In this document: positions 9,470 to 18,469 of the stretch, one piece after another | Position numbering within the stretch: the stretch's first letter is position 1 | Layout of the letters: every line of letters starts with the position of its first letter | Assembly (NCBI GenBank): GCA_963782525.1 | Contig: CAWAKC010000001.1 | Location: forward strand, 1 to 64,000 | Source of the DNA: Candidatus Bathyarchaeota archaeon | Lineage (GTDB): Archaea > Thermoproteota > Bathyarchaeia > Bathyarchaeales > Bathycorpusculaceae | Length of the DNA stretch: 64,000 nt | Direction of reading: 5' to 3' | Notes under the pieces: generated by a model | The model's input: only the letters and a program-made list of their open reading frames with translations | Databases searched by the model: none | Told to the model about the DNA's origin: nothing | Program-made: the position numbers and the translations under genes

Positions 9470-10903
9470 TTGCTTAAACTCCTCTTAAAGCTTATGCAGG
9501 TACCTCGGATGAAGGATGTCGAAGATACTTTTGATGTACTAGCAAGTGTTGAAAAACACATAGAAGCGCTAAAGCCATTGTTGCCCAAGCAAGCGTTAGT
9601 TTGCATCGGCGAATACCCGATAAAAACGCTTCTAAAAGAAACAGGCATCAGAAAACAAGGCGCTTTGCCAATTTTAATTGAAAAATCAAACGACGAAATC
9701 TACAAATGGCTTCCAAAAGGTTACCCAGCCCACTTCATTTTGGGATTCGAAGACCTCAACATCGATACCCATTTTTGGTACAATGTCTACCCCACAATTT
9801 CGAAAGATAACTCGATAATTGAAAGTTTAAAGAAAAAAAATGTCGAAAAACTCCGTAGCTCTATAATTTTCGCATCGATTTGGGATGGAATTGGCAGCGC
9901 TGCCATGCCCAATTTGATAAGCAAATTTAAGGACGAAAACATCGATTCCCTATCCATAGCGATTTTGCCCTCAAAAATACAGCCCACAGATGCCCACTTC
10001 AACGCCTACGCTTCTATACAGCTGTGTTTAGGTATTGATGGAGCAACAGTTCTGCTCATGGACAGGGACCAAATTGAAGCTTACGAAGGGGTAGATCGAA
10101 AAGGCGAATTAATCAAGGGCAATATGCTTGCCAATTACCTCTTAAACCTGGTCTTAGAAAAAGATACGGCGGTTTTAGAGATCTCAGAGTTATCGAGAAC
10201 TTTTAACATTAAACTGTTTACTCCCGTGATAGTTACGGGTGCAAGCTACAAGATTTATGGTTCATTCGAGAACATGCTAAACGCTGCTTTGCTGAAGCCT
10301 TTCTTGACGTTTGATATTTCAAGCGTCTCTTTATTGTATGTGCTTTTGCGTATGCCTTCAAGCATGAAAGATTCGTTACCCAGAGGAAGAATAGAGCTAT
10401 CGATTACAAACTGGTTTAAAGAAAAAACAAACCTCCAGTCAATTTACATATCAGAACCCATCTACACAGAAGATATGACAGATAGAATAGATGCTGTATT
10501 GTTCTTAGGTGGTTTTGACGTAAGCAAAATGATGAATAATTTAGAGCAAAAAGTTAAGTCGCTTAAGACGCTTGCAGTCGAGAGGGGTTTCATAACAGAA
10601 AATTGGAGAGTCATCACAAAAATTGAAGCTGAACCCCAAAAAGAAGCCACCACCAAGCAAAACGTCGAAACATTAAAAGAAACTGAAGAACCTAAAAAAA
10701 TCGAGGAGCCGACAATTCATATTGACTCAGTTGAGATGGAAAAACCTGCCGAAAGTACAATAAATATAGAGGAACCCAAAGTTGTCGAAACAGCTCTATT
10801 TGTAGAAGCACCCCAAAAAGCGGAAGAACCTGTAGCTACAGTTAAACCAAAAAGAACACTCAGAAATAGAAAAGTAAATACAAAGAAAAATTCAACAAAA
10901 TAA
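9470..10903 (+). CDS. Divergent FtsZ/tubulin-fold protein with degenerate GTP-binding loops (probable start ATG 9509)
   Basis: Superfamily motifs in the correct order: T1-like LVCIGEYP, T4-like ASIWDGIGSAA, SIAILPS, FNAYASI, LLMDRD, T7-like VLEISEL, and a C-domain LLKPFLTFDISS...IDAVLFLGG. Acidic then basic tail. Confidence 0.7.
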   Translation: MLKLLLKLMQVPRMKDVEDTFDVLASVEKHIEALKPLLPKQALVCIGEYPIKTLLKETGIRKQGALPILIEKSNDEIYKWLPKGYPAHFILGFEDLNIDTHFWYNVYPTISKDNSIIESLKKKNVEKLRSSIIFASIWDGIGSAAMPNLISKFKDENIDSLSIAILPSKIQPTDAHFNAYASIQLCLGIDGATVLLMDRDQIEAYEGVDRKGELIKGNMLANYLLNLVLEKDTAVLEISELSRTFNIKLFTPVIVTGASYKIYGSFENMLNAALLKPFLTFDISSVSLLYVLLRMPSSMKDSLPRGRIELSITNWFKEKTNLQSIYISEPIYTEDMTDRIDAVLFLGGFDVSKMMNNLEQKVKSLKTLAVERGFITENWRVITKIEAEPQKEATTKQNVETLKETEEPKKIEEPTIHIDSVEMEKPAESTINIEEPKVVETALFVEAPQKAEEPVATVKPKRTLRNRKVNTKKNSTK

Positions 10904-10940
10904 AAATAGATAAAAATAAGGAGCAAAAAACTCCTTTTAT

Positions 10941-13613
10941 TTAATTTACTTTTTGTCTTCTTGGTCGCCGTTGTTTATTGCTTTGATAATTTTGCTTGCG
11001 TAGACGCCGTGTTCTAGGCAGGAATGAGCGAGACAGGAATCTTTCGAAGTCGCTGGATTTGCTGTAAAGTAATTGCATTTCGTCGAAGGCTTCCATATCA
11101 GAGGGTTTGCCTCTTCCGCCAACCACCATTACTCGGGTTGTCCATGCGTCTCTTGACTCGACTACTCGCACTGTGATTGTTCTTGAGACTTCGCTGGTCA
11201 CATAGCCTGCGAGTGCAGTGTAGATTTCTTGTGAGAGGTCTTCTGACCACATACGCGGCGGAGTTGAGATTGTTACCCAGATATAGTCAGTCTTATAGGT
11301 TGGTTTGAATCCCATGACACTTGGAGTTTTGAATGCTCGGATAACGCTTTTCATATAGTCTTTGAAGTGGTCCATGTCGAGGATTTGCTTGAAGATAACG
11401 TCACGGGTGAGGGTGTCTTCTTGTTCGGTTAGGATTTTGAATACGATTTTTAGTTGTTCGTTTTCTGTTAAGTCAGCGGTTTTTTCGAAGTATGGTTTTT
11501 GAGAAGTTATTTCGGCAATTTTAGCATTGTATTCATGGTGTAAATCGACAATCTTGTTGAGTCGCTTGCGGTATTCGGATACAAGCTCGAAGCGTTTTGA
11601 CAATTTCTCGTAGAGTTTAATTGTGCTGTCAACTTTGTCGAGGTTTTCGATTGCAAAAGCCTCTTCTTGTTCTACTCTCTTGAGTTCGCGGTCAATATCC
11701 AATAGTTGCTCTCGGGCGTAACGTTTTCCGCTGAGGAACTTGCGGACTTGGCGTTCCATCTTGGTTTTATCGAATTCTTTGCGTTTCTTGATTTCTTGTA
11801 CTCTCATGACTTCGTTGTCAAAGTTACCTCTCTTCTGCATACGTTGGGATAAGATTTCGTTGACATAGGTTAAGTGTTCGTCAATCATTCTGGATTCGTC
11901 AGCGGGTGTCCTAAGCATGAGTTGGATTATGAGATACACGGTTCCGAGTTCGGTTTGGATAGCTCTCAGATCTTCGAGTTCAGTTTGGCATTCAGGCAAA
12001 ACCTCGTAGTACCGCATTAATGCGTCTGTTATGTATCGGGTTTCATCGTAAAATTTGAGTATAACCAGTGATCTTTCTGCGAGTTCAGCGATGTTAACGA
12101 GGTCTTCGAGAACTTTCTTTTGTCTTAGAGTGAAGATTTGTGAGCTTGGAATTAGCTGGTTTAATCGTTCAACTATGTTGGCTTTCTTGGCAGGGAACTC
12201 TAAGTAGGTTTTTGTTAGGTTAGTGAGTAATATTTCGAGGTTATCGAGTTTTCTGTTGCCTTCTTTTTTCAATGTCAAAGCGATGATGGATTCTTCGATT
12301 GGGCCTATTTTACCCATGAGCTTTATTGTGGATAAGAACCTCGTTATGTCTTCTAGCCAGTTTTTAACCTGTATCTCGGTGCCTTTAACGTGGAGAATTG
12401 TATCGTCTTCGAGCCTTGGGTTGCTGTTAATGGTAGTTTTTAGCTTTTCTTCGAACTGTTCTTCGTTAAAGGTGCCTGTTTTTATTAGGTAGTTCTTGAA
12501 GAGTTCGCGGGTAATGTCACTGTCCACTTTGATAACGTTGTTAATTTCTTCTAGGATGTCGAGTTTTTCTTTTCTTGATTCCTGAAGCAGCTGCATGCCT
12601 TCAAATTTCAATTTGTAAGCCATAATGTAGTCTTCAACTGGATACGAAACTTTAGTCATGCCCAATGTATGCGCTGAGTTGTCGGTAAGTCCCACTTCGG
12701 TGCCTATGCCTCCTAATAGGTCGGCTAAGTCAAAGTCCATCAAAACGTATAGCAAGTCAACGACCATTTGGTCCATTTCTTGTCTTGCGCTTACGATGTT
12801 GCCGACTTTTGAGAAGGCGGGTAACAGTGGTAAGTAGATTAATGCGTTGAGTGGGTTTCGGTAGATTTCGCCGAATTCTTTGATGACGTACTCGTTATAG
12901 TCTTTGTTTAGTAGCAGGGAAAGCTCGTTTATGGCTGTGAATGATGAGCATCCTTTAGCTGGGGGGTCATCTCCACCACATGGAGTAATAACGAAGGCGA
13001 TTATCGCTACTCCGGACCCTAACACTTTTCGTAGGTGCTTAACGAAGTCAAAGAAGATTCCGCTTCCAGTTCCACCGCCAAGTCCATAGACCACAACTAC
13101 TGTCGGGGTAACTATGGAGGATAGAGCTTGTTCTTTGAAGGCGTTTATGCAGTTGCGGATGATGCCGAGTTGATAGTAGTTTAATGCATAGATGGCTTTT
13201 GCGAGGGCTCTTCTTCTGCCTGCACCACCGGCCATAGGTGGAATAGCCATGGTGGTTTGGAGCCAAGGAACAAAGGTTTCCAGTTTTGAACCTTCACCTA
13301 TGAGGTATTCGCCATATTTTTGGTTGATGAAGTCGAACATTGCTTCGGCAGTTGGGAACTTGACGGATTGAGCAATTAGCCGCATTCGCTCCTGCGGGAT
13401 ACCTGCTTTAATCATGGATTTTACAATTTGATCGTTGGTTTCTTGTAGGCTTCGGATTTCAGGGTCAGCAATGTCGATGGCTAATAGAGAAAGACGGGTT
13501 AGGTCATTCTCCATCAGCTCTCTGGTTTTTCTATTGGTTAGGAAGGTTTCGACGATGTTGGTGCCCGCTGAACCGAGCCCTATTAACTGAACGCTATTCT
13601 GGTAGATTCTCGT
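10941..13613 (-). CDS. Large FtsZ/tubulin-superfamily GTPase with an internal coiled coil (FtsZ-like / Tubulin_2-type)
   Basis: Signature YGLGGGTGSG, GAGRRRALAK and T7-like MDFDLADL. The T1 loop VQLIGLGSAGTNIVE lies in frame upstream of ATG 13514, so the start is near 13613. Likely +1 error near 11017, giving a corrected end ...FLLEHGVYASKIIKAINNGDQEDKK with the stop at 10946. Confidence 0.85.
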   Translation of the reverse strand, partial: TRIYQNSVQLIGLGSAGTNIVETFLTNRKTRELMENDLTRLSLLAIDIADPEIRSLQETNDQIVKSMIKAGIPQERMRLIAQSVKFPTAEAMFDFINQKYGEYLIGEGSKLETFVPWLQTTMAIPPMAGGAGRRRALAKAIYALNYYQLGIIRNCINAFKEQALSSIVTPTVVVVYGLGGGTGSGIFFDFVKHLRKVLGSGVAIIAFVITPCGGDDPPAKGCSSFTAINELSLLLNKDYNEYVIKEFGEIYRNPLNALIYLPLLPAFSKVGNIVSARQEMDQMVVDLLYVLMDFDLADLLGGIGTEVGLTDNSAHTLGMTKVSYPVEDYIMAYKLKFEGMQLLQESRKEKLDILEEINNVIKVDSDITRELFKNYLIKTGTFNEEQFEEKLKTTINSNPRLEDDTILHVKGTEIQVKNWLEDITRFLSTIKLMGKIGPIEESIIALTLKKEGNRKLDNLEILLTNLTKTYLEFPAKKANIVERLNQLIPSSQIFTLRQKKVLEDLVNIAELAERSLVILKFYDETRYITDALMRYYEVLPECQTELEDLRAIQTELGTVYLIIQLMLRTPADESRMIDEHLTYVNEILSQRMQKRGNFDNEVMRVQEIKKRKEFDKTKMERQVRKFLSGKRYAREQLLDIDRELKRVEQEEAFAIENLDKVDSTIKLYEKLSKRFELVSEYRKRLNKIVDLHHEYNAKIAEITSQKPYFEKTADLTENEQLKIVFKILTEQEDTLTRDVIFKQILDMDHFKDYMKSVIRAFKTPSVMGFKPTYKTDYIWVTISTPPRMWSEDLSQEIYTALAGYVTSEVSRTITVRVVESRDAWTTRVMVVGGRGKPSDMEAFDEMQLLYSKSSDFERFLSRSFLPRTRRLRKQNYQSNKQRRPRRQKVN

Positions 13614-13619
13614 GTGCTA

Positions 13620-14579
13620 TCACATCCCGACTAATCTTTTCAATCTGTCTTTAACTGACTCTAAGCTTGAGGAGGAAGCTCGATCAATTTTGGATATTCG
13701 AAGCGTTAAGCCTTCCAAGTCTTTAATCTGGTCTTCCACTACGAGCTGGAAGTAGCTGACTTTTCCACGTATTCGCATAAACAGAACCACAAATATGACT
13801 GCTACAACCGCCAGAACAACCATGACCGGTATGAAGAGGGTTTCAGTGGCAGAGGTTACTGGTGCGTTGGAAGCGTTGAGGCTGTTTAAGAGAGTTGTTG
13901 CATCGTTGACGTCACCTGCGTTGGCTATTGATCTGGAGGCGTTGAGGACGTTAGTGAAAATATCGATGTATCCTTGAGCCACGCCGCTTGAAATGAGTCC
14001 CTTTAGTTTTGTTTCTTGCTGGGCGTAAAGAACATTAAAGTTAGCTAAGTTTGCACTTGTGGCTTGAACGGTTATTTGGTCAAGGGGAGAACCACCTGCC
14101 CCGGCCGATAGGATGACAACGTTAACGGTTTGTGCTACGTTTGAAGCACTGTTGGGTACTTTTCCATAAAGAACCATGTCGAAGGTTCCAACGGTCCATT
14201 TGAACGTTGTAGATTGTGCCGCTGGGTTGTATGTTGAGCCCATATCATAAGTTGAAGTTTGAAGGCTCCAGTATCCGCTAGGGTTTGAGGTTGATTTTTG
14301 TAGATTAGTTGTAAGTTTTAGCGTATCGGAGCCTGGTACGATAACGTTGACGGTGAATGTAACTTTAACATCGGTTCCCGGCAACACTGGCGCTAAAATA
14401 TTAGTTGTGTTTGTTGTCGGATCGTATTGCACCAAAAGTTGCCCTGTTGAATCTTCGATTTTGTATGTGGTTATCCATGACCCTGTACCTACAGCTTGGA
14501 CTGTCGGTGAAATGGAAATTATCATCATGGTTGTTAATATTAGTATCAAACTTAAAGCTAGAATTTTGTTGTTTTTCAA
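13620..14579 (-). CDS. Secreted single-pass membrane protein with a short cytoplasmic coiled-coil tail
   Basis: Signal peptide (..PTVQA), Ser/Thr-rich beta-type ectodomain, TM (FIPVMVVLAVVAVIFVVLF) and tail VEDQIKDLEGLTLRISKID. Its stop lies 6 nt before the proposed start of the tubulin-like gene. Confidence 0.85.
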   Translation of the reverse strand: MKNNKILALSLILILTTMMIISISPTVQAVGTGSWITTYKIEDSTGQLLVQYDPTTNTTNILAPVLPGTDVKVTFTVNVIVPGSDTLKLTTNLQKSTSNPSGYWSLQTSTYDMGSTYNPAAQSTTFKWTVGTFDMVLYGKVPNSASNVAQTVNVVILSAGAGGSPLDQITVQATSANLANFNVLYAQQETKLKGLISSGVAQGYIDIFTNVLNASRSIANAGDVNDATTLLNSLNASNAPVTSATETLFIPVMVVLAVVAVIFVVLFMRIRGKVSYFQLVVEDQIKDLEGLTLRISKIDRASSSSLESVKDRLKRLVGM

Positions 14580-14757
14580 TTTGAACCCTCCCGAATTTTT
14601 CTATAAGATGATACATATAACACTTGTGCTTATCCGCTCGCCATGATGGTCAAAAATAATTTTTCTAGGGGTTTACACCGCTTAATCGGTTGAATAGGCT
14701 CGTTATTGAGTAAAGGATAAGTGGTTTTCATCTCTTAATACAAAGTAGCAGTGACCA

Positions 14758-15690
14758 ATGATGGAAATCATTAACGTTCGTTTACCTGAAAAAATCATCT
14801 CAGACTTCGATAAACTCGCAAGAAAACATAGCCTCACACGTTCAGAAGTTATGCGTCAAGCGTTAACCATTTATCTTCATTTGACTGAAAATGTCGGCAC
14901 CATGCTACGACCCATAGTTTTCCAGGTTAAACCTGCCCAAATAACCTACACCCGAAGAGGCGACGTTTCAATCCTAAAAGTCCCAACTGGACACGCCATT
15001 GTTGCAGGCTCTACGTCTTCTGGCGCAGTTGGACCCAAAGAGATGGATAAAGTCAAGGTCGACGGACAGGTTTTGGGGAAGTTTTTGGCAAGGGTTGCCT
15101 TGATGGATGTTACAGCGACGGGAGCGTTCCCAGTCCTTTTATCGGTTACGCTAGGTGTGGAGAAGGACCCCACAGGCAACGCAATACTTGAGGGTATAAG
15201 ACGAGAAGCCCGAAGCATAGGTCTTGACCCAAACCAAGTCCTGATGGAGAATACGGAAGATAACTTTGCCACCGTACAGACTGGTGCAGGATTAACTGTG
15301 GTTGGTTTTGCAAATGAGGACGAGCTTAGACTTGGAAAAACCTGCCCAGGCGACTTAATAGTAGCAATCGGAAAACCTAAAGTTGGAGATGAAGTGATTG
15401 CGGCGGAGGCGCGTGGGGAAATTGCTGACCTCAAAAACGTTACTCAGCTTTCACAGAGAAAATACGTTCATGACATTTCGCCTGTCGGCGGGTTTGGGAT
15501 TGCCAGTGAAGCCAGAATGATGGCATACGGAGTAGGAAGACAACTAAAACTTCTCGAGACACCAGGGTTAGACGTGAACAAATCAGCAGGTCCCGCTACA
15601 GTTATTTTAGCCACAATCGATAGGGAAAAACTTGAGGACTTAACTTCGCTCATTCCTAAACCGATCAATGTTGTAGGAGAAATATTTTAA
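14758..15690 (+). CDS. Ribbon-helix-helix (CopG) domain fused to an alpha-ribazole kinase (CblS)/PurM-like domain
   Basis: N-terminal INVRLPEKIISDFDKLARKHSLTRSEVMRQAL is RHH-like. The rest (GKFLARVALMD, TGNAILEGI, NTEDNF, GKPKVGDEV, KSAGPAT) resembles CblS. Confidence 0.75.
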   Translation: MMEIINVRLPEKIISDFDKLARKHSLTRSEVMRQALTIYLHLTENVGTMLRPIVFQVKPAQITYTRRGDVSILKVPTGHAIVAGSTSSGAVGPKEMDKVKVDGQVLGKFLARVALMDVTATGAFPVLLSVTLGVEKDPTGNAILEGIRREARSIGLDPNQVLMENTEDNFATVQTGAGLTVVGFANEDELRLGKTCPGDLIVAIGKPKVGDEVIAAEARGEIADLKNVTQLSQRKYVHDISPVGGFGIASEARMMAYGVGRQLKLLETPGLDVNKSAGPATVILATIDREKLEDLTSLIPKPINVVGEIF

Positions 15691-15702
15691 CACACAAGAA
15701 AA

Positions 15703-16185
15703 TTACTTTTGAGCAGTCTTTAGCATGTGCCCGTTGCGGTCGATTTCTCCGCTGCGAATTCGAGTTGTGGAAATTGGAGTATTGTTTTCTGCGGGCACCA
15801 TGTTTACAATGACTATCTCAAGCGGTTCAAGCCCGGCCATTCTACGTCTTTGGTTTATCGCTTGGGCTGTTTTCTCGGTTTCTTTGCTCACAACCAAGGC
15901 CTCTAAGCCTTTGCCCGAAATAGTTAAGCCAAACGGGTCATCTAACGGCACAATTTCAATTTTTCCATCTAACCCAGATGCTTCTATAAAAGCAGCTAGT
16001 TCCCTGCGTCGTTCATCGTATATGGCGGTTCTGTGGGGTTTGCCCATTTTTGAAACAAAAGCGTCAGACGATAATCCGATAACTACTTTGTCTCCAACTT
16101 CAAAAGCCATGTCAAGCAATGCTTTGTGACCTCTATGGAGCTCGTCAAAAGTTCCTCCGACTGCAACTTTCTTGAATTTTTTCAT
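15703..16185 (-). CDS. coaD: Archaeal phosphopantetheine adenylyltransferase
   Basis: VAVGGTFDELHRGH, LVVSKET and ISTTRIRSGEID; adjacent to pantoate kinase. Confidence 0.9.
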   Translation of the reverse strand: MKKFKKVAVGGTFDELHRGHKALLDMAFEVGDKVVIGLSSDAFVSKMGKPHRTAIYDERRRELAAFIEASGLDGKIEIVPLDDPFGLTISGKGLEALVVSKETEKTAQAINQRRRMAGLEPLEIVIVNMVPAENNTPISTTRIRSGEIDRNGHMLKTAQK

Positions 16186-17114
16186 TTTATCAGCCTGGCG
16201 CCCTGAAAATCAATCTTGCTAACTATCACTTGTTGTTGGGGCAAGGTTTGTTTAAAAGCTTCTGCTACTGAGTTTACGTTTTTTTCATGTACTATAGCGT
16301 GGACGGCTTCACCAATCATGTTTTGGGCTGCACCAACTGCACCGGCCTTCCTCGTTGACTCTACGAGATGACGGATTTTTTCAGTTGCGAATCCAGCATT
16401 CTGTGAGAAATCCCAGCAGCATTCTAGGAAATTCTCTAAGGTTGGCTCGGCCAAAATGGCTTCTAAGGTTTTTTTTCCGTAATTGTTAATTTCCTTCTTT
16501 TTCTGCTGCGAGGATAATACCGAATCTTTTGAGATTTTAGATTTGAAAAAACCTGCAACCACCATGTACTCGGGGCGTATGGGAATTCGGTCAATTTGGC
16601 AAACCCCCGGCGCTCCGGGTTCAACCACAAGCACGCAGCCGCCGCTAAAAGTTAACGAACTCACCGTTCCCAAGCCAGTTGAGCACTGAATCTCGGCAAC
16701 ATGTGCGATTTTGCCAATCTGATTGTACGTTAAAGGCAACCCAATAGCTTCCCTGAGCGCTAAGCCAGCGGTTAATGCTCCTCCAGCGCTGGTGCCAAAC
16801 CCCGTTCCGATGGGCACCTCAATTTGGTGTTCAACGGTAACTGTGTATTTCGTATCTGTTTTTTCCAGAAGCGTTTTCACCACTTGCTTACTTGTTTTTG
16901 CTTCCAGGGCAGGTTTGGAATTAATAAAAACGTTAATGACGTTTTTTTCCGCCTCTTTAGCAGTCACAGTGGTTGTGACGCCTTTTTCAAGCCCAAACCC
17001 TCCACCTATGGCACCAACTTTCTCCAGATCAGTAATCGGTTTGCCGTCTTGGGTGTCGTGGATTTCAAAAAAGCTGGATATTGCTGCTGGTGCGAAGGCT
17101 TTAGCTTTTTTCAA
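16182..17114 (-). CDS. Pantoate kinase (GHMP family)
   Basis: AFAPAAISSFF, PIGTGFGTSAG, AHVAEI..TGLGTV and AQNMIGEAV. Confidence 0.88.
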   Translation of the reverse strand: MKKAKAFAPAAISSFFEIHDTQDGKPITDLEKVGAIGGGFGLEKGVTTTVTAKEAEKNVINVFINSKPALEAKTSKQVVKTLLEKTDTKYTVTVEHQIEVPIGTGFGTSAGGALTAGLALREAIGLPLTYNQIGKIAHVAEIQCSTGLGTVSSLTFSGGCVLVVEPGAPGVCQIDRIPIRPEYMVVAGFFKSKISKDSVLSSQQKKKEINNYGKKTLEAILAEPTLENFLECCWDFSQNAGFATEKIRHLVESTRKAGAVGAAQNMIGEAVHAIVHEKNVNSVAEAFKQTLPQQQVIVSKIDFQGARLIK

Positions 17115-17862
17115 GGTTTGTCCCTTGGTTTCCTTTTAGTCTCAAACTTGGGAATGCTCTGTAGCATGCTTTGATGACAGGTGGTCCAACAAGCAAAATG
17201 AAGGGGAGTTCCGTTGCGAATGTCCATACAAAGATTGGAAGAACAAAGGTTGCGGAAACTGGACCGCTGACAAAATACGATAGGAAGTAAGGACTGACTG
17301 CCCACACTGTAACAGATAGCAAACCAGCACCTGCAGCTTGACCAATCACTGCGGCTATCGCGTAACTTCGCCATTCTTTCCAACGAACGGCCGCCACAGT
17401 GATAATCGATAGACTAAGTATAACTGTTAAAACAAAAGCGAGGAGGAACCATTCGGCTGACAAACCCGTAAGTAAGGATAAGTCTGGAAGTAATATTACC
17501 GCTGGTATTAGCAGAGCAACAGCTGATATTATTATGCCCGCCATGGCTTGTTTTAGGCTTATTTTTCTATGAACTAAGTATCCGATTAAAAAGAATAGTA
17601 TAAAGTTTGGCGGAACTCCTGCTGAGAGACTTAAAAGAGGGATACCATGGACAAACATGTCTCTAATGAAGATTCCAAGTGCTCCGCTAATTCCGCCAAC
17701 CCATGGACCATACAATACAGCGAAAATTGCAGGTATAACAACAGCAGGCAAAAATCCGATACCTAAGAAAGAGAAATTGGCGGTTAAGATTCCAAATGCA
17801 GCATAAAGCGCTGCACAGATGCCTATGACAACGATATCTTGTGTTCTAAATCGGGTATTCAA
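17101..17862 (-). CDS. ECF transporter S component
   Basis: AALYA motif, PAVVIPAIFAVLYGPWVG and multiple TM segments. First gene of the CoA operon, overlapping pantoate kinase. Confidence 0.8.
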   Translation of the reverse strand: MNTRFRTQDIVVIGICAALYAAFGILTANFSFLGIGFLPAVVIPAIFAVLYGPWVGGISGALGIFIRDMFVHGIPLLSLSAGVPPNFILFFLIGYLVHRKISLKQAMAGIIISAVALLIPAVILLPDLSLLTGLSAEWFLLAFVLTVILSLSIITVAAVRWKEWRSYAIAAVIGQAAGAGLLSVTVWAVSPYFLSYFVSGPVSATFVLPIFVWTFATELPFILLVGPPVIKACYRAFPSLRLKGNQGTNLEKS

Positions 17863-18008
17863 TACTTATCCCTTTGAACTTTAAGCTTAACTTTCAGATA
17901 ACGAGTGCCAATTAAGGATTCCGTTTATAATGTTTAAACATGAATAAACGGTAAAATCAACTTAATGTTATACCGAAAAATTAAGTGGGAAAATTAAGAA
18001 GTGAGAAA

Positions 18009-18356
18009 CTATTTTTTGTGCCGTTTGATTCTCTCTTGACGCTGAGTCTTCTTGCGCCAATCCTTCTTACGCTGCGTCTGCATAGAGAACCTTTCTTGAC
18101 GGGGAACATCGAGCTTCCTAAAACGAGACACGTTTCCATAGAAATTTTCTGCCGATATTTTGTTATCTTTCAAATCTTGAATGTTCTGGTTTAATTCCTC
18201 TTTAGATTCGGCATCACTTGCCTTGTCGAATGCCTCTTCATAAACAAGGTAAGCGGCATGAAACTGAAAATTCGAGAAGTCATCGATTAAAAGTTTATCA
18301 ATTTTTGAGGGCGATGATTCATTATTGTTGTTTTGCTCGTTGGGTTGTTGAGTCAT
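18009..18356 (-). CDS. Hypothetical protein with a basic C-terminus
   Basis: 115-aa ORF with ATG start, acidic core and Lys/Arg-rich tail. Confidence 0.75.
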   Translation of the reverse strand: MTQQPNEQNNNNESSPSKIDKLLIDDFSNFQFHAAYLVYEEAFDKASDAESKEELNQNIQDLKDNKISAENFYGNVSRFRKLDVPRQERFSMQTQRKKDWRKKTQRQERIKRHKK

Positions 18357-18469
18357 GTTTATCCGTCTTTTGAATAGAGCAATGATTGTTTTTCACCCTT
18401 TTATAGGTGTGCCTATTTTTCTGGCAGAAGAACCCTTGCTTTCTCTGGCGAACCTGTCGATGTGCGTTA

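Noticed and set aside
13611-13622. Stop-codon read-through fusing the membrane protein to the in-frame tubulin-like gene
   Set aside because: Two consecutive stops (TGA TAG) and an SD-like sequence favour separate initiation.
5641-17139. Long antisense ORFs (e.g. 5641-6153, 14946-15434, 15725-16129, 16723-17139)
   Set aside because: They are shadows of well-supported genes on the opposite strand and have no motifs of their own.
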